Below the pieces are notes generated by a model that searched no databases, had not been told where the DNA came from, and saw only the letters and a list, made by a program, of their open reading frames with translations. A DNA stretch of 64,000 nucleotides from a virus: the IMG/VR virus record IMGVR_UViG_3300045988_141143. One strand, 5' to 3'. The position numbers and the translations under genes are program-made. Positions 42,200 through 52,401 of the stretch are shown piece after piece. Every line of letters begins with the position of its first letter. The stretch's first letter is position 1.

Positions 42200-45100
42200 T
42201 TAGCCCTTGCCTTTCATAAACTGGTTGGCTTTTGTCATGCTGTCATAAAGATTACCACGGCCATACATGTCTATCTTTGCGTAGATAGGTTCATTCAGTC
42301 GGTCGAGGAGGGTCTTGACGGCTTGCATGAGAGCGGCTTGGCTGGCTGTGTTGTTAGCGATTACATTGTTGGCCGCTGGTGCGCCCAACAGAAGATTACC
42401 ATTTTCTGCTGTAAAGCCCGCTGCTGCGTCCCCCATTGCGCTCGCAAGCTCGCCGACATTACCATTGTCAAATGCGCGTCTTGCTGCACGTCTGCCTGAA
42501 TAGTTGCTGTCGTAGTTGACGAGAGCCTTGAGGAGTGCCGGATTGTTCATCATCATGGCGTGTGTCGTCTCACGACCGATTACTATCTCGGGTCCATTCT
42601 CTGCTACAAGAGAAGGCTGGCCATTGATGGTAGTAGCCCTTGGAGTAGTTATCATTTGCACGCCAGTTTTTTGCCTGCCGTCATCCTCTGTTGCCCAATA
42701 AATATCACCATTGTCGGCTACAAATGGCTTCAGGTCTTGCACGTTACCGCTGTCATACGTAAGCATACCTGAAACGAGCTTCGTGTTTTTAGATACAGAA
42801 GAAGATTTCTTACTGCTGCTGCTGAAAGCCGAATTAAGTGCCCACTGAAGCAAGCCCATCAGAGTAGCCATCACTCCTGCTGCAGCAATAGGACCAGCAA
42901 TAGGACCTAAGAACTCAAAACACTTCGCCATTGCTCCCGCGATAGAGAATGTCACCTCTTGGTCGGTGCGGGCCGCGTCCGAGTTTGCCACATCCTGATT
43001 GTTCTGTTCTTTAGCTGCAAGATTGGTGGTCATAGCCGTCTGGGTCATATCAAGAATGGCATTCTGCGCTATCTCCGTACTCTTACTTTGCTCTTTATTG
43101 CCGGCATCGGTGATGTCAGTTATATTCTTGACACCTTGATGGGTTTCTTTCTCTCTATCCTTAGCTCCCTTTTTAACCTCTTTGCTGAGTTCTTTTTGAT
43201 GCTTCCTTTCTTTCTTGAGCTGCTTGGCTTTTTCCTTGTCGTCTCCAGTTTTCTTTGAAGAACCGCCAAGAGTGAAATTGGTATTCATCAAGTCACCCAC
43301 AAGGCTGCCTCCGATACCGGCTACGGCATCGGACAGAGTAGTACCACCTGTAATAGCACCAGCAACGGCTGTTCCCGCTTGAGAGGCTGTATCAATACCG
43401 TAAGTCTCCTTGTTATAATCATGGATAGTACCGTTTGGATGACGTTTCTTCCATGCAGCAGGAGGCTCAGTATTTGCAAGATTGTTGCCGTTGGCATCAA
43501 TATACTGACCTCCTACGACACGTACCCACATCGGGTTTTCAGCCGTGCCCAGGTTACGCCAATCCATATCAATGGTAGTAGCATTAGCATTAGCATTGGC
43601 TCTCGCTGCATCAATGCCAGGCTGTGCGTTTTTCTTGCCTTGTTTCGCTCCGGCATCATTGATGGCTTTCCACATTTGGGTGTTCACGTCATTTAGCGCC
43701 ATATTAGCCCACGACTCAATCATAGACTTCAGGGCATTCTTGATGCTCTCCTGTGCGCTTGATACGTCAGACTCCATCATGGCGAAAGCCTTGCCTACCT
43801 CTGCACCGAAGGTTTCAATAGGCTGTACGAGCTGCTGCATCTGCGAAAGGCGGTTCTTCATCGCCGTCGCCATTTGGTTGGCATAAGCAAGTTCGGCCTC
43901 CTGGCGAGCCTTATCCGCCTCGTCTACCAACTGCTTGTTACGAGAGTTCTTCAGACAGAAGGCATAGTAATCTTCTGCCAGCTGCATCTTCAGCTTCAGT
44001 AGTTCTACCTCTGGGTCAGCGGTAAGGTCGGCAAGACCGAGGTTGGAAAGAAGGTTGGTCCGCTTGCCGAAGAGAGAACTTTCCTGCTGCATCTTGCGCA
44101 GCTTTGCCTGCTGATCGAGATTGCGTTTGTTGTTTTTCCAAAGAAAATCAGAAATCTTCTTGGCTTCATCGTATTCTTTTTTCTGTGCAGCTGTATATTC
44201 ATCAACATATTGGATAAGCTTGTGATAGAATAGCTTTACATTCTGCTCAGTCTCGCCCATCAACGCAAGAAAGACAGAAGGCATCTGCATATAGTCTTTT
44301 CCAAATAAGAACTGAAGCAGCTTCTGCTTCTCCCCGTTTGTCTCAAAAAGTGCCGCCATTTGTGTGCGAGCCTTTTCCAAAACTTTTATAACATCAGCCC
44401 TATCTTTATTTAGCGTTTCAAGCGAAACGTCTGCAAAACGAGAATTTATTAATCCCAAGAAAGAATTTTGTTGAACTATGCCTGTGTAATCATGTTCAAG
44501 TAGCTCCTTCCGACGTTGCTCTATGCGTTTTTGAATCACATTGCTTGAATCGTTCTCTTTTGATGAAGCATTCAGCCACATTCGGTCAAGATAAGCACGG
44601 TCGCGTTCATCTGATTTATATCCGACAACTTGCCCTTTCTTAATTTTAGGCATTTGCTTTAATAAATCAGAACGAAGTTGTGCTACATTAGTATTCAATA
44701 TGGCATCCTCAAGCATACGAGACTGAGATTGTCCAAACTCATCGTCTTTTTCCTTGCGATATTTGTCTATTGATTTTTTAAATTTATCCCAAGTTTTATT
44801 TCCAAAGACAATAGACTGCTGCGCAGCTGCAAGGGCAGCATCCATTTGTATTTGAATGTCATTAACTGCCTGTTCTTGTAATTCTTTCTCTACACCCTTC
44901 TTTGAAAGATCCTCAACAGTAGCTGTCATTTGGCGCTTATAGAAATTCTTTATCTTCGTAATAAACTCAGATATGTTGTTGCGAGCATCATCTTCAGGAG
45001 TAGTTGTGTTACCTCCACCACCGTTGCCGCCATAAACTTTTTGACCTACAGCCATTCCATCTCCTACATCAAGTTTAGCCCCAAACTTTTTCCGTAAGGC

Positions 45101-48100
45101 TTCTTCTTGTGCGTTTATTTCATCCAGTCTTGACTGAGCCTTATCTCGCTCGCGTTTCGCAGCCGCACGTTGTCCTGCCTGTCCGATTGCACCCTGTGCC
45201 TGCCCTGGCATCATAGCACCACCAGAGGTCTGAATATATCTTCCATTAGGAGCGTTCACGTGTGTATTTGCATACGCATCTTCTTTTTTCTGCAAATCAA
45301 GAATAGCATCCACTTTCTCACGACCCAATTCTGCCAACTTAGAACGAGCGCCCTCAAGTTCGTAGTAATCTTGTAGACGTTGAAAGTTTTTCTCCCATGC
45401 CTTAGTGTTTTCCTTAACAACACCCGTCTCTGTGTTAATTTTAGCGTTGAGGTTAGGAATAGCGCCATTCAATTTATTCATAGCTTCGAGGCGAAGATTC
45501 ATTGACGCAGAAGTATCGTGCATAACATTATGCAGACGCTTCAACGATTCTTGTTCCTCCATAGCCTTACGCTTACCTTCTTCTTGTACTTCGTTAAGCA
45601 CGCGCTGTCCTGCGGATAAACCGTTCAAAGAGGAAGAATATTCGGCAAGTTTTACGACCAATATACCCAATAATCCAATTAATCCTCCCATAATACCCGC
45701 CTGCTTGGCAAACGACAAGCCATTAAATGCAGCTTTAGTTTTGGCAACAACAGCCCCCAGAGACAACATACCTCCCTCTAATCCCTGAACATAAGTAAGC
45801 AGTTTTGCAAAGCCACCCGCTAATCCTGCCATACTAATCATGGTGATCAACGTAGGAAGTATGCTCAGTAGCATCTTTATAGAGGCAAAGAGCAGCGCTA
45901 ACGCTACACGAACCTCTGTCATAAAACTCATACTGGTTGTAAGTTCCTTTACAACTTCAAACCAAGCTTTTGCTATATCACGAATAGGTCCCGAAGCCGC
46001 ACTTGAAGAAACAAACTGTTTTTCAAGAAGGTTGTTAGCCCTCTCCATATACGCGGCTGCAGTTTCCTGCTGCATATTATACTCAACCGTAACAGCAGAA
46101 CCTTCATTAAAAGCTTTATTAGACTCCTTTACCGCTTTAGTAAGCATACCATTCTTGGCAGCCATTGTTACCATAGTTTTTACCAAACGAGCGCCATCTG
46201 AGCCTAAGTCCTTAAATAAGCCATCAAGAGCAAAAAGGTTTTTAGTTTCGCCCATTCTGCGGAAAATGGTTAAGATTGCATCCATACCTCTTCCACTCTC
46301 GATCATCTTCTTCAAAGAACCAGAAGCTATACCGAGTGATTTTTCAATAGGGCTTGTACCTTTACGAAGCTCTACAACCAACTTTCCAAAAGCTGTTGCT
46401 GCAACTTCTGGCTCAAGGGCCATTGAGTCAACAGCCGCACCAAGAGCCAAAATATCTGGGGTTGTTAAAGCCGCCTGTTCGCCCAATGCAAGCATACGAT
46501 TAGAGAAATCCACAATCTTTCCGCTTGTCGCTGTAGATGTAGATGCCAGTCGGAAAATCGCAGAGCCTGTTTTCAGCATAGCCTGCTCCACTCCATATTT
46601 ATCCGCAAGACCCATCACCTCAGTAATCTTAGCAAGAGCCGTCAACGCTTCATCGCCCAAATCCTCTTTCAATGCGACGTTCACCTGGTCTGCGGCACGG
46701 ACGAAGCCAGCTAAATTTTGAGTTGTAACACCAAGTTTAGCTCCCGCATAGGCCAAGTTGTTCAGTTCTTCTATGCTTGTACGGGTATCGATTTTAGCAA
46801 GTTCCTTTGATAAATTTGCTACTTCGTCAGTTGTAGATAAAGCGACCTTACGAATATTAGTAAGCTGTTCGCTATACTTCATATTAAGACGAAACAAATC
46901 CATAAAGTACGTTTTAAGCTGATTGAACATCGCAAACAATCCGACATAAGCCGTGAGGTTCTTCAGTGCTGTCTGCCATGCGCTGCCATGCTTGTTGGCC
47001 GCACCCGTCGCCTCGTCGATGTTCTTCTTCAGCTCCTTCATCGACTTCTGCTTGTCGGCAAACTCCTTACTCTTGGTATTGATTTGGTTCAGTTCCTCTT
47101 CGAGTTGCTTGTAGGCACGGCGCAGTTCGTCGAGGGAGGCCTTACCCTGCTTGCTACGGGCGAGAATGTCGTTAAGGGCACTCTGCGACATACGGGTCCC
47201 CTTGAGGGTCTGTTCGAGCATGGAGTATTGGCGACGGAGGTCGGCCACATACTTGCTGCCAGCAGGGAGTTGCTGAATCTTCTGCTGTATCACTTCCATC
47301 GTGCGCTTGATGTCTTCGCCCGAAGCCTTGTTAGGTTCAGCCAATACCTGCTTCATCTGCTTCCAGCTCATTGATGCTTTCTGAGTCTTACCCGACACAG
47401 CCTCCAGCCGCTTCTCTATCTCCTGGAGCTCGCTGTTGTATTTTGCAATATCAGCCGAATTGCCTGTAGGTGTGTTGTCGCGAGCCTCAGTAAGCGTAGA
47501 CTTGGCTCGGCGCAAATCAGATGCTGAAGCGTTTTGACTGGTTACAGTCTGATGTGCCTCTGCCACGCCCATTTTGCCCTTGCGTCTGTCCTCCTCGGCT
47601 TCAAGTTGCTTCAATGTGGCGAGATTCTGCTGATAGGACGCATCCGATTTTTGCAGCGAACCTACGAGGTCACGCTGTTGTTTGATGGCCTTGTCGAGCC
47701 ATTGATCGGATTGGTTCTTTACATTATTCAAGCCATCGGCTATCTTGACATACTGACCTTCAATAAGGCGCATTTGATCGCCCACTTGCTTCATCTCGCT
47801 TCGTATCTGCTCTGCCTTCTTCAGGTCGGCATCCGAGCCGGTGAGCTTAGCAAGAGCCGACTTGCCCGAACCCATAGCACGACGCAGGTCACGAAGCTTA
47901 GTGTTGGTGAGGTCTTGCACCACCTCGCTCAATCGCTTCGTGTCCTCGATATTGTCACGCTGCACTTGCGACAACGCCTTCAATGTGCTCTCTGCCCTCT
48001 TACACTCAGCAGTGTTAGCCTGTCCTGCGGCAGTCATCTTCTGGATGTCGGCAGTATATTTCTGCACAAGATTGTCAATCTCTTCCAACACCTTCTTGGC

Positions 48101-48151
48101 TGTAGAGGCATTGGCCGTGATTACTACTTTTGCTAATTTTTGTGTTGCCAT
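42200..48151 (-). CDS. Tail tape measure protein (1983 aa)
   Basis: Extreme length, long Ala/Lys/Gln/Glu-rich coiled-coil segments, and a central hydrophobic/glycine-rich block (GLAGGFAKLLTYVQGLEGGMLSLGAVVAKT...). Confidence 0.8.
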   Translation of the reverse strand: MATQKLAKVVITANASTAKKVLEEIDNLVQKYTADIQKMTAAGQANTAECKRAESTLKALSQVQRDNIEDTKRLSEVVQDLTNTKLRDLRRAMGSGKSALAKLTGSDADLKKAEQIRSEMKQVGDQMRLIEGQYVKIADGLNNVKNQSDQWLDKAIKQQRDLVGSLQKSDASYQQNLATLKQLEAEEDRRKGKMGVAEAHQTVTSQNASASDLRRAKSTLTEARDNTPTGNSADIAKYNSELQEIEKRLEAVSGKTQKASMSWKQMKQVLAEPNKASGEDIKRTMEVIQQKIQQLPAGSKYVADLRRQYSMLEQTLKGTRMSQSALNDILARSKQGKASLDELRRAYKQLEEELNQINTKSKEFADKQKSMKELKKNIDEATGAANKHGSAWQTALKNLTAYVGLFAMFNQLKTYFMDLFRLNMKYSEQLTNIRKVALSTTDEVANLSKELAKIDTRTSIEELNNLAYAGAKLGVTTQNLAGFVRAADQVNVALKEDLGDEALTALAKITEVMGLADKYGVEQAMLKTGSAIFRLASTSTATSGKIVDFSNRMLALGEQAALTTPDILALGAAVDSMALEPEVAATAFGKLVVELRKGTSPIEKSLGIASGSLKKMIESGRGMDAILTIFRRMGETKNLFALDGLFKDLGSDGARLVKTMVTMAAKNGMLTKAVKESNKAFNEGSAVTVEYNMQQETAAAYMERANNLLEKQFVSSSAASGPIRDIAKAWFEVVKELTTSMSFMTEVRVALALLFASIKMLLSILPTLITMISMAGLAGGFAKLLTYVQGLEGGMLSLGAVVAKTKAAFNGLSFAKQAGIMGGLIGLLGILVVKLAEYSSSLNGLSAGQRVLNEVQEEGKRKAMEEQESLKRLHNVMHDTSASMNLRLEAMNKLNGAIPNLNAKINTETGVVKENTKAWEKNFQRLQDYYELEGARSKLAELGREKVDAILDLQKKEDAYANTHVNAPNGRYIQTSGGAMMPGQAQGAIGQAGQRAAAKRERDKAQSRLDEINAQEEALRKKFGAKLDVGDGMAVGQKVYGGNGGGGNTTTPEDDARNNISEFITKIKNFYKRQMTATVEDLSKKGVEKELQEQAVNDIQIQMDAALAAAQQSIVFGNKTWDKFKKSIDKYRKEKDDEFGQSQSRMLEDAILNTNVAQLRSDLLKQMPKIKKGQVVGYKSDERDRAYLDRMWLNASSKENDSSNVIQKRIEQRRKELLEHDYTGIVQQNSFLGLINSRFADVSLETLNKDRADVIKVLEKARTQMAALFETNGEKQKLLQFLFGKDYMQMPSVFLALMGETEQNVKLFYHKLIQYVDEYTAAQKKEYDEAKKISDFLWKNNKRNLDQQAKLRKMQQESSLFGKRTNLLSNLGLADLTADPEVELLKLKMQLAEDYYAFCLKNSRNKQLVDEADKARQEAELAYANQMATAMKNRLSQMQQLVQPIETFGAEVGKAFAMMESDVSSAQESIKNALKSMIESWANMALNDVNTQMWKAINDAGAKQGKKNAQPGIDAARANANANATTIDMDWRNLGTAENPMWVRVVGGQYIDANGNNLANTEPPAAWKKRHPNGTIHDYNKETYGIDTASQAGTAVAGAITGGTTLSDAVAGIGGSLVGDLMNTNFTLGGSSKKTGDDKEKAKQLKKERKHQKELSKEVKKGAKDREKETHQGVKNITDITDAGNKEQSKSTEIAQNAILDMTQTAMTTNLAAKEQNNQDVANSDAARTDQEVTFSIAGAMAKCFEFLGPIAGPIAAAGVMATLMGLLQWALNSAFSSSSKKSSSVSKNTKLVSGMLTYDSGNVQDLKPFVADNGDIYWATEDDGRQKTGVQMITTPRATTINGQPSLVAENGPEIVIGRETTHAMMMNNPALLKALVNYDSNYSGRRAARRAFDNGNVGELASAMGDAAAGFTAENGNLLLGAPAANNVIANNTASQAALMQAVKTLLDRLNEPIYAKIDMYGRGNLYDSMTKANQFMKGKG

Positions 48152-48171
48152 TGTTTTCTGTTTTTGTGTTG

Positions 48172-48699
48172 TTAGAGAGTGATATGGATGTCATAATCCT
48201 CGAAAGCCTTAATTATCTGTGCTTCGCCCTGGAATCCGTAGAAATCTACGAGATATTTTTGCATACGCGTTTGCAGGTGTCGAAGCTCCATCATAATGGC
48301 AGGACGCTGAGAGCGACCCGCTCCGTAGCGTTTCCAAGAACGGACATAGCGGCGAGAATAGTTGGCCTTTCGTGCGCTATCCACATCGTTGTACTTAGTA
48401 CCGAGACCTACACCCATATCCACAAAGCGCATATAGTCGTTGTAGGTAAATTCGTAGGTCCAGCCTTCGGGAGTATCGTTCACAATCCTGCCTTGGAAAG
48501 AGTTTACGCCCACTCCCTCGGCGTGCCATTGTCCGCGTGCTCCACGGGCATCGTTTATAGCCCGAAAGCCGCTGTAAATCTCCTTCGGGAAGATGCACTG
48601 CGTCTCGGTGTTTATCTTGAGCTGACGCAATACGTCGCCAAGATACCATCGTGCGGTGTCCTTGAAATCAAAGGCCGGGGCTTGTATTGGTTTTGGCAT
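48172..48699 (-). CDS. Hypothetical tail-assembly region protein (175 aa)
   Basis: ORF immediately upstream of the tape measure gene. Function unsupported. Confidence 0.4.
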   Translation of the reverse strand: MPKPIQAPAFDFKDTARWYLGDVLRQLKINTETQCIFPKEIYSGFRAINDARGARGQWHAEGVGVNSFQGRIVNDTPEGWTYEFTYNDYMRFVDMGVGLGTKYNDVDSARKANYSRRYVRSWKRYGAGRSQRPAIMMELRHLQTRMQKYLVDFYGFQGEAQIIKAFEDYDIHITL

Positions 48700-48705
48700 G
48701 ATGTT

Positions 48706-49311
48706 TTACTTTTTTTTATCATCCGAGTTTTCATCTTTCGGCACGATATACTTTCCGTTGCTGCCACACGCGAAGTTGTATAGCGGTTGCAGGCTCTTCC
48801 AGTCCATGCCCACCACGAGCCATTGTCCGGCATAGATGTCGCCCACCATGCCGAAGGAGATGGAGCTGGTGTCGATGCTTTGCAACTCTGCCATCATTAC
48901 GGCATCATCGGCGAAGCTGCGCTTTGTGACGGGACAGCGGCCTGTGCGCTTCACCTCGATAAGCCAGGCTATGAGGTCCTTGCAGTAGTCGGTGAGGTCG
49001 TTGGCCGTGCGTTCTATCTTGTTGCCGTCGTAACGGCCAAGGGTCTGCGGCGTGTCCTTCACCTTAGCGAGAAACCACACCTGGTGAGAGACCGATGCCT
49101 TCTTTGCGTCAACGAGTTCGCCGGTGGTGAGTACGCTGTATAGCATACACGGTGAGTGAACGACGTTGGCGTTTCGGGAGAAAATGTTCTCAAGGTCGAT
49201 GTAGCGGATGCGGAAGAAGCTCTGGTCTTCGAGGCGCTTGCTCTCGGGGTTGTGAGACAGGGGCTTGTAGATGGAAGCCCAATGCTCAAGAATGTTGCTT
49301 ATTGTTGCCAT
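48706..49311 (-). CDS. Hypothetical tail-region protein (201 aa)
   Basis: ORF with an ATG start, 6 nt upstream of the next gene. Confidence 0.4.
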   Translation of the reverse strand: MATISNILEHWASIYKPLSHNPESKRLEDQSFFRIRYIDLENIFSRNANVVHSPCMLYSVLTTGELVDAKKASVSHQVWFLAKVKDTPQTLGRYDGNKIERTANDLTDYCKDLIAWLIEVKRTGRCPVTKRSFADDAVMMAELQSIDTSSISFGMVGDIYAGQWLVVGMDWKSLQPLYNFACGSNGKYIVPKDENSDDKKK

Positions 49312-49367
49312 ACTCTTTTCACTTTATTAGGGTTGCCGGGCGGCGAACCGCCCATGCTGCTATATGA

Positions 49368-49898
49368 CTATTCGGGGTCGGGGGATTTTTCTTTATTCAT
49401 CTCCTCATCATCCCGCATGAGTTCCTTCAACTTGATATTGAAATGTCGCTCGGTCTTGTCGGCTACTATCTTCTGCATCACTCTCGCCCATCCTGCTCCG
49501 TTGCAGGTGCTTTCGTTCTCAAGGATGCTGACGAACTGGACTCCGCAGTAAAGGGCGGCGAGATAGTTGGCGAGGTGGAGCGGATTCATATAGTCGAGTA
49601 CGATGGTGTCGATGGCGGTGGCGAGGAAAATGGCGAGGATGAGGACGGAGAAGTCCTGCACCATCTTGGTCATCTTCTTGGATTTCAGTTTGCCGTCCAT
49701 CTGGCATTTGGGGTTCTTCTTGATGGCCTCACGATACCGGCTGTAGATACGGCGGTTGAGCCGCCATGCCGTGTAGCAATCCAGTAGAAGGGCGAAGAAG
49801 CATACACCGATGTAGTTGAGTGAGGGTTCGATGTAGCACCACAGCAGACCTATTGCGGCTGCTATGAATCGGGTAATGTTGGGTAAGATCGTTTGCAT
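49368..49898 (-). CDS. Holin-family membrane protein (toxin secretion/phage lysis holin type)
   Basis: LLLDCYTAWRL and YCGVQFVSILENESTCNG resemble the LDxxTG ... E-x-x-SI-x-EN blocks of that holin family. Three to four TM segments. Confidence 0.5.
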   Translation of the reverse strand: MQTILPNITRFIAAAIGLLWCYIEPSLNYIGVCFFALLLDCYTAWRLNRRIYSRYREAIKKNPKCQMDGKLKSKKMTKMVQDFSVLILAIFLATAIDTIVLDYMNPLHLANYLAALYCGVQFVSILENESTCNGAGWARVMQKIVADKTERHFNIKLKELMRDDEEMNKEKSPDPE

Positions 49899-49966
49899 TG
49901 TTGTGTTTGATTTTTAATGTGTGAAGTAAATGTGAAGTGTTATCCTGTTTTGATTAAGATACGATG

Positions 49967-49974
49967 CAAAGGTA
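49967..49974 (-). promoter_or_regulatory. Candidate -7 promoter box TACCTTTG at the head of the long minus-strand block
   Basis: TAnnTTTG match about 70 nt upstream of the ATG at 49898. Divergent from the plus-strand box at 50062. Confidence 0.45.
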
Positions 49975-50061
49975 ACGAAAGGCGAAAAAACGGGTGGGAC
50001 ATATTATTTCGCCATGGGGACGGGCAGCGAGGCTTGTCCCAATCGTTTTGGGACGATTTCG

Positions 50062-50069
50062 TAACTTTG
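50062..50069 (+). promoter_or_regulatory. Candidate -7 promoter box TAACTTTG at the head of the plus-strand packaging block
   Basis: TAnnTTTG match 28 nt upstream of the ATG at 50097. Overlaps a TTTGCCGACG sequence related to the TGCCGACAC repeat. Confidence 0.45.
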
Positions 50070-50096
50070 CCGACGTAACAAACAACATAAACAAAG

Positions 50097-50900
50097 ATGA
50101 GTCAGATAACACAAGGCACATTGGCACGCATCGACAAATGGTTGGCGCAAGGCATCAGTATCGAGACGATGTTCCCGAACCTGGAGCAGCGCTATCGTAT
50201 GCAACTCTGTGCGGAATATTACAAGAGGTGGGTGCAGAACAAGGACATTGACCCTCGTACCACCTGTCGCAACATTGCCAGACGCGACTACGAGTTGTTT
50301 ATCAACCAGGCCGCGCAGGGCAACAAGGAGGCTGTGGCGATGATTCAGGCGCTGGGCATCACGGTGGATGACGAGGGCAATGTGAGAAATCGCACCATCA
50401 CGGAACTCAACAACGACGTGGCGGTGTGCAATCACATCATCCGCTTCTTCACCACCGACGAGAGTCCGCGCCACAAAGCCATGTACCTCAATTCGGCAGA
50501 ATGGTTGATACGCACGGGCAAGCAGCAGAACAACGACCGTGCCGTGGATAAGGGTATGCAGGCCTTGGCCAACATATACAGCAACTTCATCGAGGAGAAG
50601 GACGCTACGGACGAGATGCCGGACATGAGCCGCATTGCCATCACGCAGGACGTGAGCATCGTGAAGCGCGACCGCATCAACTACACCGAGGAGGAGAAGC
50701 TTCGTCTGGCCCGCAAGTATGGTCTTACGGCAAAGGATATGCGGGATATAGCCGAAGAGGAATCCCTGCAGGCTGTAGGCAAAGAGAATGAGCCCGACTA
50801 CTTCGAGTACATGGAGAAGAAAGACGAGGAGGAGGACGTGATTAGACACGGGTACATGAAAGAAAGCGAAATGACGGATTCCGAAACGACGGATGAGTGA
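50097..50900 (+). CDS. Hypothetical protein with acidic C-terminus (small terminase candidate by position only)
   Basis: First gene of the plus-strand block that ends with the large terminase. The antisense 335-aa ORF has aberrant composition. Confidence 0.35.
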   Translation: MSQITQGTLARIDKWLAQGISIETMFPNLEQRYRMQLCAEYYKRWVQNKDIDPRTTCRNIARRDYELFINQAAQGNKEAVAMIQALGITVDDEGNVRNRTITELNNDVAVCNHIIRFFTTDESPRHKAMYLNSAEWLIRTGKQQNNDRAVDKGMQALANIYSNFIEEKDATDEMPDMSRIAITQDVSIVKRDRINYTEEEKLRLARKYGLTAKDMRDIAEEESLQAVGKENEPDYFEYMEKKDEEEDVIRHGYMKESEMTDSETTDE

Positions 50901-50976
50901 AAACGAAACAGAAGTATCTGTTTGATGCAAACATAAGTATCTGTTTGATATAAACAATGGGCATCGTTTGAAAAAC

Positions 50977-51145
50977 AACTTGCCGACACTTTTCATCGAA
51001 TGTGCCGACACATTAAAACGAAGGTGTTAGCACTTTTTGCCAAAAGTGTTAGCACATTTTACCAAAAGTGTTAGCACATCAAAAAAACGGAGGTTCAGTT
51101 GATTTCATCAAAAGAGTCGGCTGATTTCGCCAAAAGAGTCGAACC
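50977..51145 (+). repeat. Eight-register 22-bp periodic array: TGCCGACAC x2, GTGTTAGCAC x3, one degenerate unit, AAGAGTCG x2
   Basis: Ten-mer registers at 50980, 51002, 51024, 51046, 51068, 51090, 51112 and 51134. Preceded by AAGTATCTGTTTGAT x2 (50912, 50935). Confidence 0.85.
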
Positions 51146-51193
51146 TCGGCAAATATATAGTGCATAAATGCGCTATAAAAACACTATAAAAAT

Positions 51194-52044
51194 ATGTTAA
51201 ACGAACAACTGCAGAAAAAGGTAAAACAGTCGATAAAACTCCTGCAGAGTGTGCAGAAGCGATACGACGGCGAGATAGAGATAGCCTACTCGGGCGGTAA
51301 GGACTCCGACGTGATCCTTCAGCTGGCGAAAGAGGCAGGCATCAAGTATCGGGCCATATACAAGAATACGACCATCGACCCGCCAGGCACGTTGGGGCAC
51401 GTCAGAGAAATGGGAGTGGAGATACTGCGGGCCAAGACATCCTTCTTTCATCTCGTGGCACAGAAAGGATTTCCATCTCGCTTTACTCGTTTCTGTTGTG
51501 AAGAACTGAAGGAATACAAGGTGCTCAACAAAAGTATTATCGGCGTGCGCAAGGCTGAGAGCCGGAAACGAAACGAAAGATACAACGAGCCGACAGAGTG
51601 CCGATACTTCGGAAAGAAGAAAGAGGAAAATCACGTAGAACAGATTTATCCTATTCTGGAATGGACCGATGAGGACGTGCGTGACTTCATCATAGACAGA
51701 AAGTTGAAACTCGCACCCATTTATTACAATTCGGGGGGCAAATCGACGTGTCGAAACGTCTTGGCTGTATGTGCTGTCCTCTTGCCTCAAGGCGCAAGCG
51801 CATTATCGAGTTTCAGAAATATCCCAAGATAGCAAAGGCTTATCTCCGTGCGGGGCAACGATTTATGGAAACGCATCCTGACAGCAAGGCGTGCCAGAGG
51901 TACGACAATGTTTACGAATGGTTCGTTCGCGACGTATTTTACAGCTCCAATGCAGATTGGAGCAAGGTAAGCACAGGGCTGTTCGGTAAGCCGGACTTCA
52001 AGAAATTCTTGGAGGACAAGTTCGGTATTGACTTGACATTATAA
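51194..52044 (+). CDS. PAPS-reductase-family (adenine nucleotide alpha-hydrolase) protein, split at a G6 tract as assembled
   Basis: The SGGKDS PP-loop lies in ORF 51194..51832. The family-typical C-terminal RLGCMCCP lies in ORF 51748..52044 (-1 frame). Seven G at 51733-51738 would fuse them as ...YYNSGGQIDVSKRLGCMCCP.... Confidence 0.7.
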
Positions 52045-52065
52045 ACAACACAAAACAATAACGAT

Positions 52066-52395
52066 ATGGCAAAGATTATTTATTTCGGGACAGAAGGCAA
52101 CGGGCGAGCAGGACACTACCCTATGGGTATCGACAAATACCTTACCCTCGAAGAATGCAAAATATGGACTGAATGTGACAACGAGACGTGGATCAATAAC
52201 ATCTACAAGAATCCCGGTCGTCACTTGATAAAACATCACGGTGTTGTATATACCAACTATGCCGTGCCGTTCTCCGTAGATGATGAAAGGGGTGGGTCGC
52301 ATACTGAAGTATTTTGGGAAGGAATACACTCCGAGGAGGAAATGATAGAGCTTATTAAAAGCAACACTTTCTTGAAAAAACAATTCAAAATGTAA
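52066..52395 (+). CDS. Hypothetical protein (109 aa)
   Basis: ORF with an ATG start. Confidence 0.45.
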   Translation: MAKIIYFGTEGNGRAGHYPMGIDKYLTLEECKIWTECDNETWINNIYKNPGRHLIKHHGVVYTNYAVPFSVDDERGGSHTEVFWEGIHSEEEMIELIKSNTFLKKQFKM

Positions 52396-52401
52396 GCGAC
52401 A

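Noticed and set aside
42200-48151. Possible enzymatic (lysozyme or peptidase) domain within the tape measure protein.
   Set aside because: I could not recognise any catalytic motif by eye. Only coiled-coil and hydrophobic or glycine-rich segments are supported.
48172-49311. Tail assembly chaperone pair with the classic G/GT -1 frameshift upstream of the tape measure gene.
   Set aside because: The two ORFs are separated by a clean stop and start. I found no slippery heptamer or overlapping extension frame, so the function is left open.
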